Source: a virus (lineage: Duplodnaviria; Heunggongvirae; Uroviricota; Caudoviricetes). Taken from it: a stretch of DNA of 64,000 nucleotides. Location of the stretch: IMG/VR virus record IMGVR_UViG_3300037400_001691, positions 1 to 64,000 of that record; one strand, written 5' to 3'. Below the pieces are notes generated by a model that was not told the DNA's origin, did no database searches, and saw nothing but the letters and a program-made list of their open reading frames with translations. Shown one piece after another: positions 6,910 to 15,040 of this stretch (position 1 is its first letter; each line of letters begins with the position of its first letter). A program made the translations under genes and the position numbers.

Positions 6910-7458
6910 ATGGTAGATAATAACAAAATCATTCATTTGTTTATTACAAACAAATGTACACATAATTGTAAAAATTATTGTAATAAACAGTATGACATTG
7001 ACAAAATTTCTGTAATTACTGTAGATGAATTAAAATATGCAGATACAGTTTTACTAACAGGTGGTGAACCATTTATGTTAGTTGATTATCTTGAGGATTT
7101 TGCTAAGATGTTAAAGCATGGTTTCACAAATATTAAACAACTTTATGTTTATACTTATGGAGATTCTCTTTATAAATATTTACAGAAGGGTAAAACACTT
7201 GATGTATTTGATGGAGTAAATATAGCTCCTAAAAATAAATATGATGCAGAATGTACTAATAGCATTCTTAAATATAGAAAAGATGATATACTTTCTTTAG
7301 CATCAAGTCGTTTATATATCTTCCCAGAAATGAACGATTATATTCCTACTTACGATTTATATGGATATAGTAATTTTGAAGTTATTCATAGAAAATGGCA
7401 AGAGGAATTTGTACCAGATTCTGGAATATTTAGAAGACTTCCTATTTTATTTGAATAA
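6910..7458 (+). CDS. radical-SAM-like protein (CX3CX3C variant plus GGEP motif)
   Basis: Contains NKCTHNCKNYC and LLTGGEPF. Confidence 0.45.
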   Translation: MVDNNKIIHLFITNKCTHNCKNYCNKQYDIDKISVITVDELKYADTVLLTGGEPFMLVDYLEDFAKMLKHGFTNIKQLYVYTYGDSLYKYLQKGKTLDVFDGVNIAPKNKYDAECTNSILKYRKDDILSLASSRLYIFPEMNDYIPTYDLYGYSNFEVIHRKWQEEFVPDSGIFRRLPILFE

Positions 7459-7553
7459 GTGTTCATATTTGTATAATTAAAGGTTACATATAGCAAACTT
7501 ATTATCAGCAACAAACTTGTAATTTGTCACGCTTTACCTTGTAACCTGTATTT

Positions 7554-7626
7554 GTGACCTTAGCTCAGATGGTAGAGCTACGGATTTTTAATCCATCGGG
7601 CATGGGTTCAAGTCCCATAGGTCACA
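7554..7626 (+). tRNA. tRNA-Lys(UUU)
   Basis: Acceptor GTGACCT/AGGTCAC 7/7. D-arm GCTC-AGATGGTA-GAGC. Anticodon loop TTTTTAA. T-arm ATGGG-TTCAAGT-CCCAT. Confidence 0.65.
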
Positions 7627-7644
7627 CATTAAAACTATTAAAAT

Positions 7645-8685
7645 ATGAGTGAAAAGAATTGGACGTGTAAATATGCACATCATGGAAGACGTAATGGTGA
7701 AGGATTCCCACGTCATGCACTAAAGGATTTTGATGGTACTCATATTAGTATGGGTATGTTACGTTCTTATAAATCCAAATATTCTTGGGATTATCGAAAT
7801 TATCCAGCAATTACAAATAAGTATATTGTAGGTTTATTAGATAAATATGTTGGTAAATCTTATGATGATTTTAAACTTGCTTTTGATCAAAGGACTAAAA
7901 ATCTTTATAAGAAATATCCTATAGAATGGGGTAAGATTTCTGATTACTTACTTGATAAGCCACAAGAATATTATCGTCGTATTACATTTTATCTTGACAA
8001 AAACAATATAATTAGAAGATGCAAGAAATTAAAATATAGAACTTGGAAACTTCCAACTCTTAGTAAAACTCAAAAACATTTTAATGAAAGAGTTAAACTT
8101 CCAGAATGGGGACAAGTAAGAACTGATTCTCGATTTGACGTTGATCATGATTCTTTTTCTACTATGCCTGATAAGTTTAAAGAACCTTTATTACTTGGAA
8201 CATTTTATGTTATTGTAAATGATAAGATTTGTAAACTTCCTGTTTATACTTGTAATAAAGAAATATTTAAAACATATTCAACTTATCGTGATGAAAAATG
8301 GGATAGTAAAAAGAGACGTTATATTAAAACTCCATTTTGGAAATCAGATGCTTGGAATTGTAAACTTATAAATCCTGCTAAAAGAAAGAAAATAGCAGAA
8401 CAATGGATTCCTGTTGATGTTTACACATTACCAAAATTAAAACATGATTTTTGGTGTGAAGCTAAACATAAAGACAGATATAATCTGGAAGAACGTATTG
8501 AAAATCTTAATAATAAAATCAATATAACATTAAATTTTGATATTAGATTGGAATTAATTGGTGATAGAAATAAATTAATTCACCAACTTAATGAACTTCC
8601 AGAAACTGCTTGTTACAATCTTGGATATGGTCGATATTATCCATTTGTAAAAGTATCTGATTACGAAAAGTTTTGTAAAAAATAA
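7645..8685 (+). CDS. hypothetical protein (346 aa)
   Basis: Long ORF with no recognisable motif. Confidence 0.6.
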   Translation: MSEKNWTCKYAHHGRRNGEGFPRHALKDFDGTHISMGMLRSYKSKYSWDYRNYPAITNKYIVGLLDKYVGKSYDDFKLAFDQRTKNLYKKYPIEWGKISDYLLDKPQEYYRRITFYLDKNNIIRRCKKLKYRTWKLPTLSKTQKHFNERVKLPEWGQVRTDSRFDVDHDSFSTMPDKFKEPLLLGTFYVIVNDKICKLPVYTCNKEIFKTYSTYRDEKWDSKKRRYIKTPFWKSDAWNCKLINPAKRKKIAEQWIPVDVYTLPKLKHDFWCEAKHKDRYNLEERIENLNNKINITLNFDIRLELIGDRNKLIHQLNELPETACYNLGYGRYYPFVKVSDYEKFCKK

Positions 8686-8699
8686 TTTTAAGTGTTTAA

Positions 8700-8816
8700 A
8701 GAATACTAACAGCAACTTAATTAGCACTTGTAATGCCGTGTCGGAGGTTCGATTCCTCCTCTTACTTTTAATTGAGAAAGATAGTTTAGTGGCAAAACAC
8801 GTAATTATAGTATTCT
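8700..8816 (+). ncRNA. permuted tRNA-like element U5 (Y-RNA/YrlA-like), IR AGAATACTA/TAGTATTCT
   Basis: After the IR comes the ACAGCAAC bulge, then a second helix TTAATTA/TAATTA. The T-arm is GGAGG-TTCGATT-CCTCC. The 3' acceptor-like strand TCTTACT pairs 6/7 with the downstream AGAAAGA. A D-arm GTTT-AGTGGCA-AAAC follows. Confidence 0.55.
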
Positions 8817-8835
8817 GTTTTTAAAATTAATAAAA

Positions 8836-9030
8836 ATGAAAAAAGTAATTTTTTGGATTATTGTGAAAAATTGTATTATAGTTGTACTTGTTGCAATTAT
8901 TATTGGTTTAATGGTATATTATAATCATATGCGTGAGGAATATCAAAAGAAAGAAAATACATTAATAATGATGTATAATTCTAAATGTAATCACGCTCAA
9001 ATTGATTACAAACTATTAAGAAGTTATTAA
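8836..9030 (+). CDS. small membrane protein (1 TM)
   Basis: Hydrophobic segment IIVVLVAIIIGLMVYY. Confidence 0.45.
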   Translation: MKKVIFWIIVKNCIIVVLVAIIIGLMVYYNHMREEYQKKENTLIMMYNSKCNHAQIDYKLLRSY

Positions 9031-9032
9031 TA

Positions 9033-9206
9033 TGAAAAGTAATTTTGACGGATTATTAGCAATGATTATAATTGCTACAGCTTGTGTTTTAGTTACAATG
9101 AGTATTTTTTATAATAATATTGAGCAACGTATCGAAACACTTCAACAACAAAATGATTCTCTTAAACAAGAAATTGTTTTATTAAATAATTATTTATATG
9201 ATTAAA
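9033..9206 (+). CDS. small membrane/coiled-coil protein (57 aa)
   Basis: ORF MKSNFDGLLAMIIIATACVLVTMSIFYNN... with an ATG start. Confidence 0.4.
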
Positions 9207-9407
9207 TATGTTAAACCTGAAATACAATTAATAATATCAGATTCTGAAGATTTGATGATTAGTTCACAAGAACATTTACCAGATATTCAATCTGATGTTC
9301 ACGAATGTTGTCCTGCTTGTGATCCAAATGGTTATTGGCATTGCGATCATTCTAGAGCATGGGGTAACAAAGGATCACAATATGGAAAATGTGATAGATG
9401 TAATTAA
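9198..9407 (+). CDS. small Cys/His-rich protein
   Basis: Contains CCPACDPNGYWHCDH...CDRCN. Confidence 0.45.
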   Translation: MIKYVKPEIQLIISDSEDLMISSQEHLPDIQSDVHECCPACDPNGYWHCDHSRAWGNKGSQYGKCDRCN

Positions 9408-9411
9408 CATG

Positions 9412-9485
9412 GTGTCGTTAACTTAATTGGCTAAAGGCGGTGACTGTGAATCACTGAGATATCGGTTCGAATCCGTTGCGATACT
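9412..9485 (+). tRNA. tRNA-His(GUG)
   Basis: Acceptor GTGTCGT/GCGATAC with 2 G-U pairs, and a G at -1. Anticodon stem GGTGA/TCACT with loop CTGTGAA. T-loop TTCGAAT. Confidence 0.55.
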
Positions 9486-9503
9486 ACATCATATGTATTG
9501 TAA

Positions 9504-9643
9504 AGAATACTAACAGCAAAATTATTTAAAAACTGTTTTCTCCGTTGTGCGAAAGGCGCGTATAGGTTCGAATCCTATCATTAGGTAATTACTCCTAATG
9601 TGGTGGAATTGGTAGACACGATGGATTGTTTTAATAGTATTCT
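9504..9643 (+). ncRNA. permuted tRNA-like element U6 (Y-RNA/YrlA-like), IR AGAATACTA/TAGTATTCT
   Basis: Leader ACAGCAAA and a second helix TTTAAAAAC/GTTTTAA. T-arm TATAGG-TTCGAAT-CCTATC. Acceptor-like hairpin ATTAGG-TAATTACT-CCTAAT. D-arm GTG-GAATTGGTAGA-CAC. Confidence 0.55.
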
Positions 9644-9798
9644 GTTTTTGGAGGGTTGACAGAGTGATTTATTGCACCAGACTACTAATCTGGCAGTCGT
9701 CATTTTACAGGTTTACTTTGGCCATTTTTAGTAGTTATATTCCTACTTTGGCTTTGGGGTAAGTTTTGTACAAAAATTTCTAAAAAGATTTTGAAACA

Positions 9799-10017
9799 AT
9801 GATTATATTTTTTATATTTATCTATCTTTTAGGTTCAACAATTTTTGCTGGATATTTCTTCAGTAAATTTGAGCCAAATGATTTCATGGCTCAATCTTCT
9901 GCAATATTTTTAGGATTATTATGGATTTTTATAATTCCTTTAATAATAATGTGGTGTACATTATATTATCCTACAAAATATTTCGGTAATTTGTTTGATA
10001 AACTTAACAATAAATAA
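9799..10017 (+). CDS. small membrane protein (2 TM)
   Basis: Hydrophobic ORF. Confidence 0.45.
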   Translation: MIIFFIFIYLLGSTIFAGYFFSKFEPNDFMAQSSAIFLGLLWIFIIPLIIMWCTLYYPTKYFGNLFDKLNNK

Positions 10018-10023
10018 ATTTTA

Positions 10024-10108
10024 GGAGTTGCTGCTCGGATGGTGGACGGGCACCGGACTGTAAATCCGGCACATAGAAACACCGTAGGTTCGAATCCTAC
10101 CAACCCCA
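10024..10108 (+). tRNA. tRNA-Tyr(GUA), class II (bacterial type)
   Basis: Acceptor GGAGTTG/CAACCCC with one mismatch. Anticodon stem CCGGA/TCCGG with loop CTGTAAA. 14-nt variable arm. T-arm GTAGG-TTCGAAT-CCTAC. Confidence 0.6.
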
Positions 10109-10124
10109 CTAAAAATTTAACACT

Positions 10125-10691
10125 ATGAGTTATTATCATTATTTTAAATTAAAGGATGAAAGTAAATATCAGAAAGAAGATGCTTTAAGAGAACTTAAGT
10201 TTAAATATACATCTTCAGATAAAGATAAAATTCTATTAAAAGTAAGTATGATTAAAGCTTATTATGAAAATAAGATTGAAAATAATTATACTGATATTTT
10301 TTGTAGAGTTAAACTCTTAGCATCTGATATAGAAAAAAATTGTCTTCTTTCTTTAGTAAAAGAGATTAAAGAAAAAGGAGAAATAGAGAGAAATAGACCT
10401 CACGATGAATATGAAATGGAACAAATAGTAAATTCTTATGATGAAGATATAAATAGAATTATTGAAAATCTTCTTATATTATCTACTATTAGATTTGTTC
10501 CAGATAATGAATATTCAGACACTCCTAAAACGGAAATGGATTATTTGAGATATGAATATATTACTCAAATTAATTACGAATTAGAAACGTTAGAAGATAC
10601 AGTTCTCGATTACACTTTTTCTAAATTTGTATTAGAAGAATGTAATAGAGAAACAGAATCTGAAAGGAGTTCATCAGAAGACTTAGAATAA
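10125..10691 (+). CDS. hypothetical acidic protein (188 aa)
   Basis: ORF with no recognisable motif. Confidence 0.55.
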   Translation: MSYYHYFKLKDESKYQKEDALRELKFKYTSSDKDKILLKVSMIKAYYENKIENNYTDIFCRVKLLASDIEKNCLLSLVKEIKEKGEIERNRPHDEYEMEQIVNSYDEDINRIIENLLILSTIRFVPDNEYSDTPKTEMDYLRYEYITQINYELETLEDTVLDYTFSKFVLEECNRETESERSSSEDLE

Positions 10692-10705
10692 GTCTTCTGT
10701 AAATT

Positions 10706-10780
10706 AGGATCATAGTTCAGTTGGTCAAGAACATCTGGCTTACATCCAGAAGATCATCGGTTCGAATCCGATTGATCCTA
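10706..10780 (+). tRNA. tRNA-Val(UAC)
   Basis: Acceptor AGGATCA/TGATCCT 7/7. D-arm GTTC-AGTTGGTCAA-GAAC. Anticodon stem TCTGG/CCAGA with loop CTTACAT. T-arm ATCGG-TTCGAAT-CCGAT. Confidence 0.65.
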
Positions 10781-10787
10781 CAATTAT

Positions 10788-10874
10788 GCACCTATGGCGC
10801 AAATGGATGAGACGCACCACACTTAGAATGTGGAAACCGAAAGGTTTGTAAGAGTTCGACTCTCTTTAGGTGCA
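10788..10874 (+). tRNA. tRNA-Leu(UAG), class II
   Basis: Acceptor GCACCTA/TAGGTGC 7/7. Anticodon stem CCACA/TGTGG with loop CTTAGAA. Variable hairpin AAACC-GAAA-GGTTT. T-arm AAGAG-TTCGACT-CTCTT. Confidence 0.65.
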
Positions 10875-10876
10875 CT

Positions 10877-11098
10877 ATGAATATAATATATTGGAATCCT
10901 AAAGAACATAAAAGATATAAATTTTATACTTTATGTTTAAAGTTTCCATTTGGAAAGAAGTGGAAACAATATTGGTTTTGTAAAAGATGTAATTTTATAA
11001 ATAAACCTCTTTTAGACGCAATGAGAAATCTCCCATTAACAAAACCCAATTTTAAAGAAATTGAATTTGAAGATTTTACTTGGGAAATAATTAGATAA
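10877..11098 (+). CDS. hypothetical protein (73 aa)
   Basis: ORF with no recognisable motif. Confidence 0.45.
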   Translation: MNIIYWNPKEHKRYKFYTLCLKFPFGKKWKQYWFCKRCNFINKPLLDAMRNLPLTKPNFKEIEFEDFTWEIIR

Positions 11099-11100
11099 TT

Positions 11101-11514
11101 ATGAAGAAACTTATTTTATTATTGATGCTCTTATTATCTATAGGAGTATATGCACAGGTAACAACTCATGTTACACTTACATATTACCAACCTGTAGTGG
11201 AACAGTGTAATTCTGATCCATTAACAACTGCAGACGGTAGTAAAATAAATTTACATCATCTTAAACAAGGGAAAATTAAATGGTGTGCAATCAGCAGAGA
11301 TTTATTATATCTTTTCCCGAAAGATGAACCAAAACGTATTTACATTGAGGGATTTGGAGTTTATGAAGTTCGTGATGTAATGAATAAAAGATTTCATCAT
11401 CGAGTAGATATTCTCATTCATCCCAAAAATAGTGTAAGAGTTAAATTAGATAGAGTTAAAATTAAAATTTTGAGTAGTCACAGAAATGTGAATCGTAACC
11501 ACAAGAAACATTAG
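11101..11514 (+). CDS. secreted 3D-domain-like (cell-wall-binding/lytic transglycosylase-like) protein
   Basis: Signal peptide MKKLILLLMLLLSIGVYAQ. The TYYQ...QC...DPLTTADGS...IEGFGVYEVRD pattern resembles 3D-domain proteins. The ORF ends with TAG. Confidence 0.45.
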   Translation: MKKLILLLMLLLSIGVYAQVTTHVTLTYYQPVVEQCNSDPLTTADGSKINLHHLKQGKIKWCAISRDLLYLFPKDEPKRIYIEGFGVYEVRDVMNKRFHHRVDILIHPKNSVRVKLDRVKIKILSSHRNVNRNHKKH

Positions 11515-11796
11515 CACGTTTGCCCAAGACATTAATTATCTGCACAATCGTAGTTGATGGCTAACAGACTTGGAGACCATCGTATTGGTACAGAGTTATC
11601 CCACTCTCGGAGTATAAGGGAACCCAAGTTTACCACTACTTTATTAATATATGAAGCTAACATAGTATATTAAATAAAGGTGAAAGACTATAAAGGCGCA
11701 CTATTGTCACAATAGATGAAAATCTGGCGGTAAACTTATTAATTTTTATTTATAATTATATATAAAAGGTTGTACGATACCTTAAATCGTACATTT

Positions 11797-11870
11797 GGGC
11801 TTTGTGGTGTAACTGGCTAACACACCTCCCTTGCAAGGAGGAGTTTAGGGTTCAAATCCCTCATCGTCCA
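11797..11870 (+). tRNA. tRNA-Ala(UGC)-like with imperfect acceptor (G3-U70 present)
   Basis: Anticodon stem CCTCC/GGAGG is perfect, with loop CTTGCAA. T-loop TTCAAAT. The acceptor GGGCTTT/ATCGTCC has two mismatches. Confidence 0.45.
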
Positions 11871-11961
11871 CTTTTGTTTTTTTCATTTGCATATATTTTT
11901 CCCAATGACCTTTTAATAAGGTTGTTGGGGTTTTTGTTAAGTAACTAATAATTTTTACAAA

Positions 11962-12192
11962 ATGACTAAAAAAGATATATTAAGAGGAGCAGGAATACTC
12001 AGAAAGGAGCAACCTTGCTTAAGGAAAGGACAAGCAGTTTTTAATTATGTAGATATGCATCCAGAACTTTTCAAAAATGCTGCACGTATATCTCAGTTTA
12101 ATTATGGAATTGATTGTTTCTATAATGATGATATAATTGATCAATTTATTGATCAAGTTCTTGAAATATTAAACAATGATTTTATAGACTAA
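11962..12192 (+). CDS. hypothetical protein (76 aa)
   Basis: ORF with no recognisable motif. Confidence 0.45.
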   Translation: MTKKDILRGAGILRKEQPCLRKGQAVFNYVDMHPELFKNAARISQFNYGIDCFYNDDIIDQFIDQVLEILNNDFID

Positions 12193-12319
12193 TGTTATGA
12201 CCTTTGGACAAGCAATAGAAGAACTTATTCAAAACGAGAAATTTCGACATTTGTTTTCTCCTAAATTATATTATAATTATCTTATTGGTGATTGAAATAT
12301 ATTAAATAATTTTCAATAA

Positions 12320-12394
12320 AAGACGCATGATGACCAAGTGGCTATGGTGACAGGTAACGTTCCCAACGATGGTTCGAATCCATCCTTGCGTCTT
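12320..12394 (+). ncRNA. tRNA-like element: 8-bp terminal stem AAGACGCA/TGCGTCTT, D-arm-like CCA-AGTGGCTA-TGG and canonical T-arm GATGG-TTCGAAT-CCATC, but no canonical anticodon arm
   Basis: Hand fold. Confidence 0.35.
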
Positions 12395-12954
12395 AATTTG
12401 GGGGTATTTGGATTTGATTGCTAAGAGAAGCAAAGAAATCACGCAAAGGCAGTTGGAAAGACAACAAATAAAATTTAAACGGAAATAACACAGTTACATT
12501 CCGTATCGCTGCTTAATTGAATTAGATTAAGTACGATACCCGGGAAACACAGGATACTTACCGAGGAACAGAAATAGTATTCATCGCTGGCATCGGCAGT
12601 AATTAAACGAGCAAAAGTTTTATTAGTTTTCACAAAACTAATTGGTGGAGCTAACATTCAGTTAGCCTAAAGAAGAAAACTTTTAAAAATTGAAAAGCGT
12701 GTACAAATTTCGATGATATTTTAGTAAGACGAGGGTTTAATAGTTGGACCAGCTATAAAGTGATTTATAGTTAAAAACATCGGATGAATTCAGGGAACGC
12801 TAAAAAATAAAGCTCAAGATAAGCTTTATTTCATGCTAATCCTGAGCTAAACATAGAGTACACTCTATGAAAGTGCAACGACTATTGGAGAACTACAGTG
12901 TTCTTAATTACCAACTTGAGCGTCCGACATCTCATTAAGAGATGATGATATAGT

Positions 12955-13518
12955 CTAATCTTCTATGAAAGTAGAAGTATAGGAAGAAATCTGTTTTAAA
13001 AATTTTTTAGTTTCTAAATCAGACATTTGTTGTTTCATTAAATTAATAGGAGTTGATACAAATTGAACATTACCTTTTATGTAACCTTTAGATGAATCAA
13101 TTCTATCTAAAGATGCTCGATAAATTATATTTAAATCATTTATATTATTATCTTCTGGTAATGTTAATTTAAGATTAGTATAAGGACATATTCCATTTTG
13201 TTGTTCCCATATTAATTTTAAATATTCTAAATCTATATTTATTTCTTTAGATCTACGTTTTATACATCTCATTGTATATCTAAAAGGACTAAATTCATCT
13301 CTTCTATTTCCAGAATGTTGTGAAATATCATATTTATCATTTGATAATGATAAATTTTTATTAGATTTTCCAGAACAAATTCTAGAACAATAATTTTTTC
13401 TTCCTAATTTAACATTTCTATTATATTCGGAAAGTGGTTTTTGAAATTCTTTACCACAACAATCACAAATTAATGTGATTAATTTTCGATTTTTACAATA
13501 ATCTTTTAAAATTTCCAT
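12955..13518 (-). CDS. HNH homing endonuclease (Zn-finger N-terminus, SLDRIDSSKGYIKGNVQFV HNH motif)
   Basis: Minus-strand ORF of 187 aa with CxxC pairs and the HNH signature. Confidence 0.65.
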   Translation of the reverse strand: MEILKDYCKNRKLITLICDCCGKEFQKPLSEYNRNVKLGRKNYCSRICSGKSNKNLSLSNDKYDISQHSGNRRDEFSPFRYTMRCIKRRSKEINIDLEYLKLIWEQQNGICPYTNLKLTLPEDNNINDLNIIYRASLDRIDSSKGYIKGNVQFVSTPINLMKQQMSDLETKKFLKQISSYTSTFIED

Positions 13519-13737
13519 AATTTTTTATTTTATTTAATATATGTATATATAAGAAATTTATGTGGATACTTATAATTTTTATTGTTAATAAATGTTAATT
13601 TTGCGACTCCCTCTACCTCCACAAGAAAACGATAATTATCTATAATGTTTAATTTTTAATTACGGACGTAAGGAGCGTCCTTCTTAAATTACATATAATT
13701 ACCATCAAATTATCGTTTTCTTTTTAATTTAAAAATT

Positions 13738-13953
13738 ATGTTAGATATTTTATCATTTATCGCAATGGCATTATCATTGCTTGGAAACATTCTTTTAGTA
13801 AAGAAAATCATTTGGGTATTCCCAATTTGGATTATAGCGAATGTAACATGGATTGTTGTGAATTTTATGAGTACTCCTAATATTTCACAAATAATTATGT
13901 TTGTAGTTTATACCATACTTGCTATGATAAGTTGGTATCAATGGAAAAAATAA
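13738..13953 (+). CDS. small membrane protein (2 TM)
   Basis: Hydrophobic ORF. Confidence 0.45.
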   Translation: MLDILSFIAMALSLLGNILLVKKIIWVFPIWIIANVTWIVVNFMSTPNISQIIMFVVYTILAMISWYQWKK

Positions 13954-14035
13954 AAATAATGCTCCCATAGTCAATTAGATACTTATAAATCTAAAAATAA
14001 AAACGGAGATAAATCTTATTATCGTTATCACAAAT

Positions 14036-14119
14036 GGGAGGTGGGCAGGGTTGAATAATGCACCGGTCTTCTAAACCGGAGTCTTTTAGACATGATGGGT
14101 TTGAATCCCATACCTCCTA
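14036..14119 (+). tRNA. class-II (Ser-like) tRNA with anticodon loop CTTCTAA, reading UCU
   Basis: Acceptor GGGAGGT/ACCTCCT. Anticodon stem CCGGT/ACCGG is perfect and almost identical to the E. coli tRNA-Ser anticodon arm. Variable hairpin GTCT-TTT-AGAC. T-arm ATGGG-TTTGAAT-CCCAT. Confidence 0.5.
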
Positions 14120-14297
14120 CATTTTTATTGATGTAGGTTCGATTCCTACTGGGAGTACTATTTTAGGTAGTGATTTAACATTTATTAACAAATTTGTTGA
14201 TTTACATCAATTTAAATTTTTTTGAAAATAAAAATCAAATTATTATATTTGATTAGAAATTTTAGATAAACAGTTTATTAATTAAAAATTTAAAAAA

Positions 14298-14473
14298 ATG
14301 AAAAAGTTGTTATTTGCATTTGTTATGTGCATGAGTATTGTACTTGTAAGTTGCGGTTCTGGCGCAGTAACATCAGTAAGTGATAATGATTCTATCGACA
14401 CAGTATCTTATGATACTATTGATACCATTGTTCTTGATACAGTGGGTGTTGATACAACCATTTGTATTGATTA
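14298..14473 (+). CDS. small lipoprotein (58 aa)
   Basis: Signal peptide with lipobox MKKLLFAFVMCMSIVLVSCGSG. Confidence 0.45.
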
Positions 14474-14643
14474 ATTTATTAAAAGAAAGGATTTATTATG
14501 AAGAAATTGTGTAATCTAGTGAAAGCAGGAATTAAATTTTATGGAAGAAATCTCAAAAACTTTACGAAGTTAATCGTTATTCCTGAAGGAGCTTGCTATG
14601 CACAGTAATTCCTGTACAATGGTAGTTTAATACTACCAACAAT

Positions 14644-14712
14644 GTCCCATGGTGTAATGGTAGCACATCAGATTTTGGTTCTGACGGTCAAGGTTCGAAT
14701 CCTTGTGGGACA
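14644..14712 (+). tRNA. tRNA-Gln(UUG)
   Basis: Acceptor GTCCCAT/GTGGGAC. Anticodon stem TCAGA/TCTGA with loop TTTTGGT. T-arm AAGG-TTCGAAT-CCTT. Confidence 0.55.
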
Positions 14713-14862
14713 ACAATTAACTTTTAAAAAGAAAGGAGTTTAATTATGAAAAAAATCAAAGCTTTATTTATTAGTGCTATTACTATCGCTGCTTGCATGT
14801 ATTCATTTTACATCGTAGCATAGTAATGCTTTTTTAATCGAATTTTATTAACTTTAAATATA

Positions 14863-14890
14863 AACCGGGCATAAGCTCGGTTATTTTTTT
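14863..14890 (+). terminator. rho-independent terminator-like hairpin AACCGGGC-ATAA-GCTCGGTT followed by a T-run
   Basis: Seen directly. It follows a small ORF (14747-14824) that ends TAG-TAA. Confidence 0.4.
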
Positions 14891-15040
14891 ATATATGATT
14901 AGTATTATTTTATTGGAAACGAAACAAGAGGTCCAGAATTAATAAAGGCTCTTGAAGAAAAAGGTGGAATTAATTTTTATAATCATTCTGGTGAACGTGA
15001 TAATTTAATTTATTACTGTGATCCTATAAATAATCACATT

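Noticed and set aside
9651-9725. Possible class-II tRNA starting GGAGGGT with anticodon arm CCAGA-CTACTAA-TCTGG
   Set aside because: No T-loop or complementary 3' acceptor strand was found downstream. Kept only as a 5' tRNA-like fragment and mentioned in the findings.
14071-14075. CTA in the anticodon loop CTTCTAA of tRNA 14036 as an amber-suppressor anticodon
   Set aside because: With a 5-bp perfect stem the 7-nt loop places UCU at positions 34-36, and CTA is offset by one.
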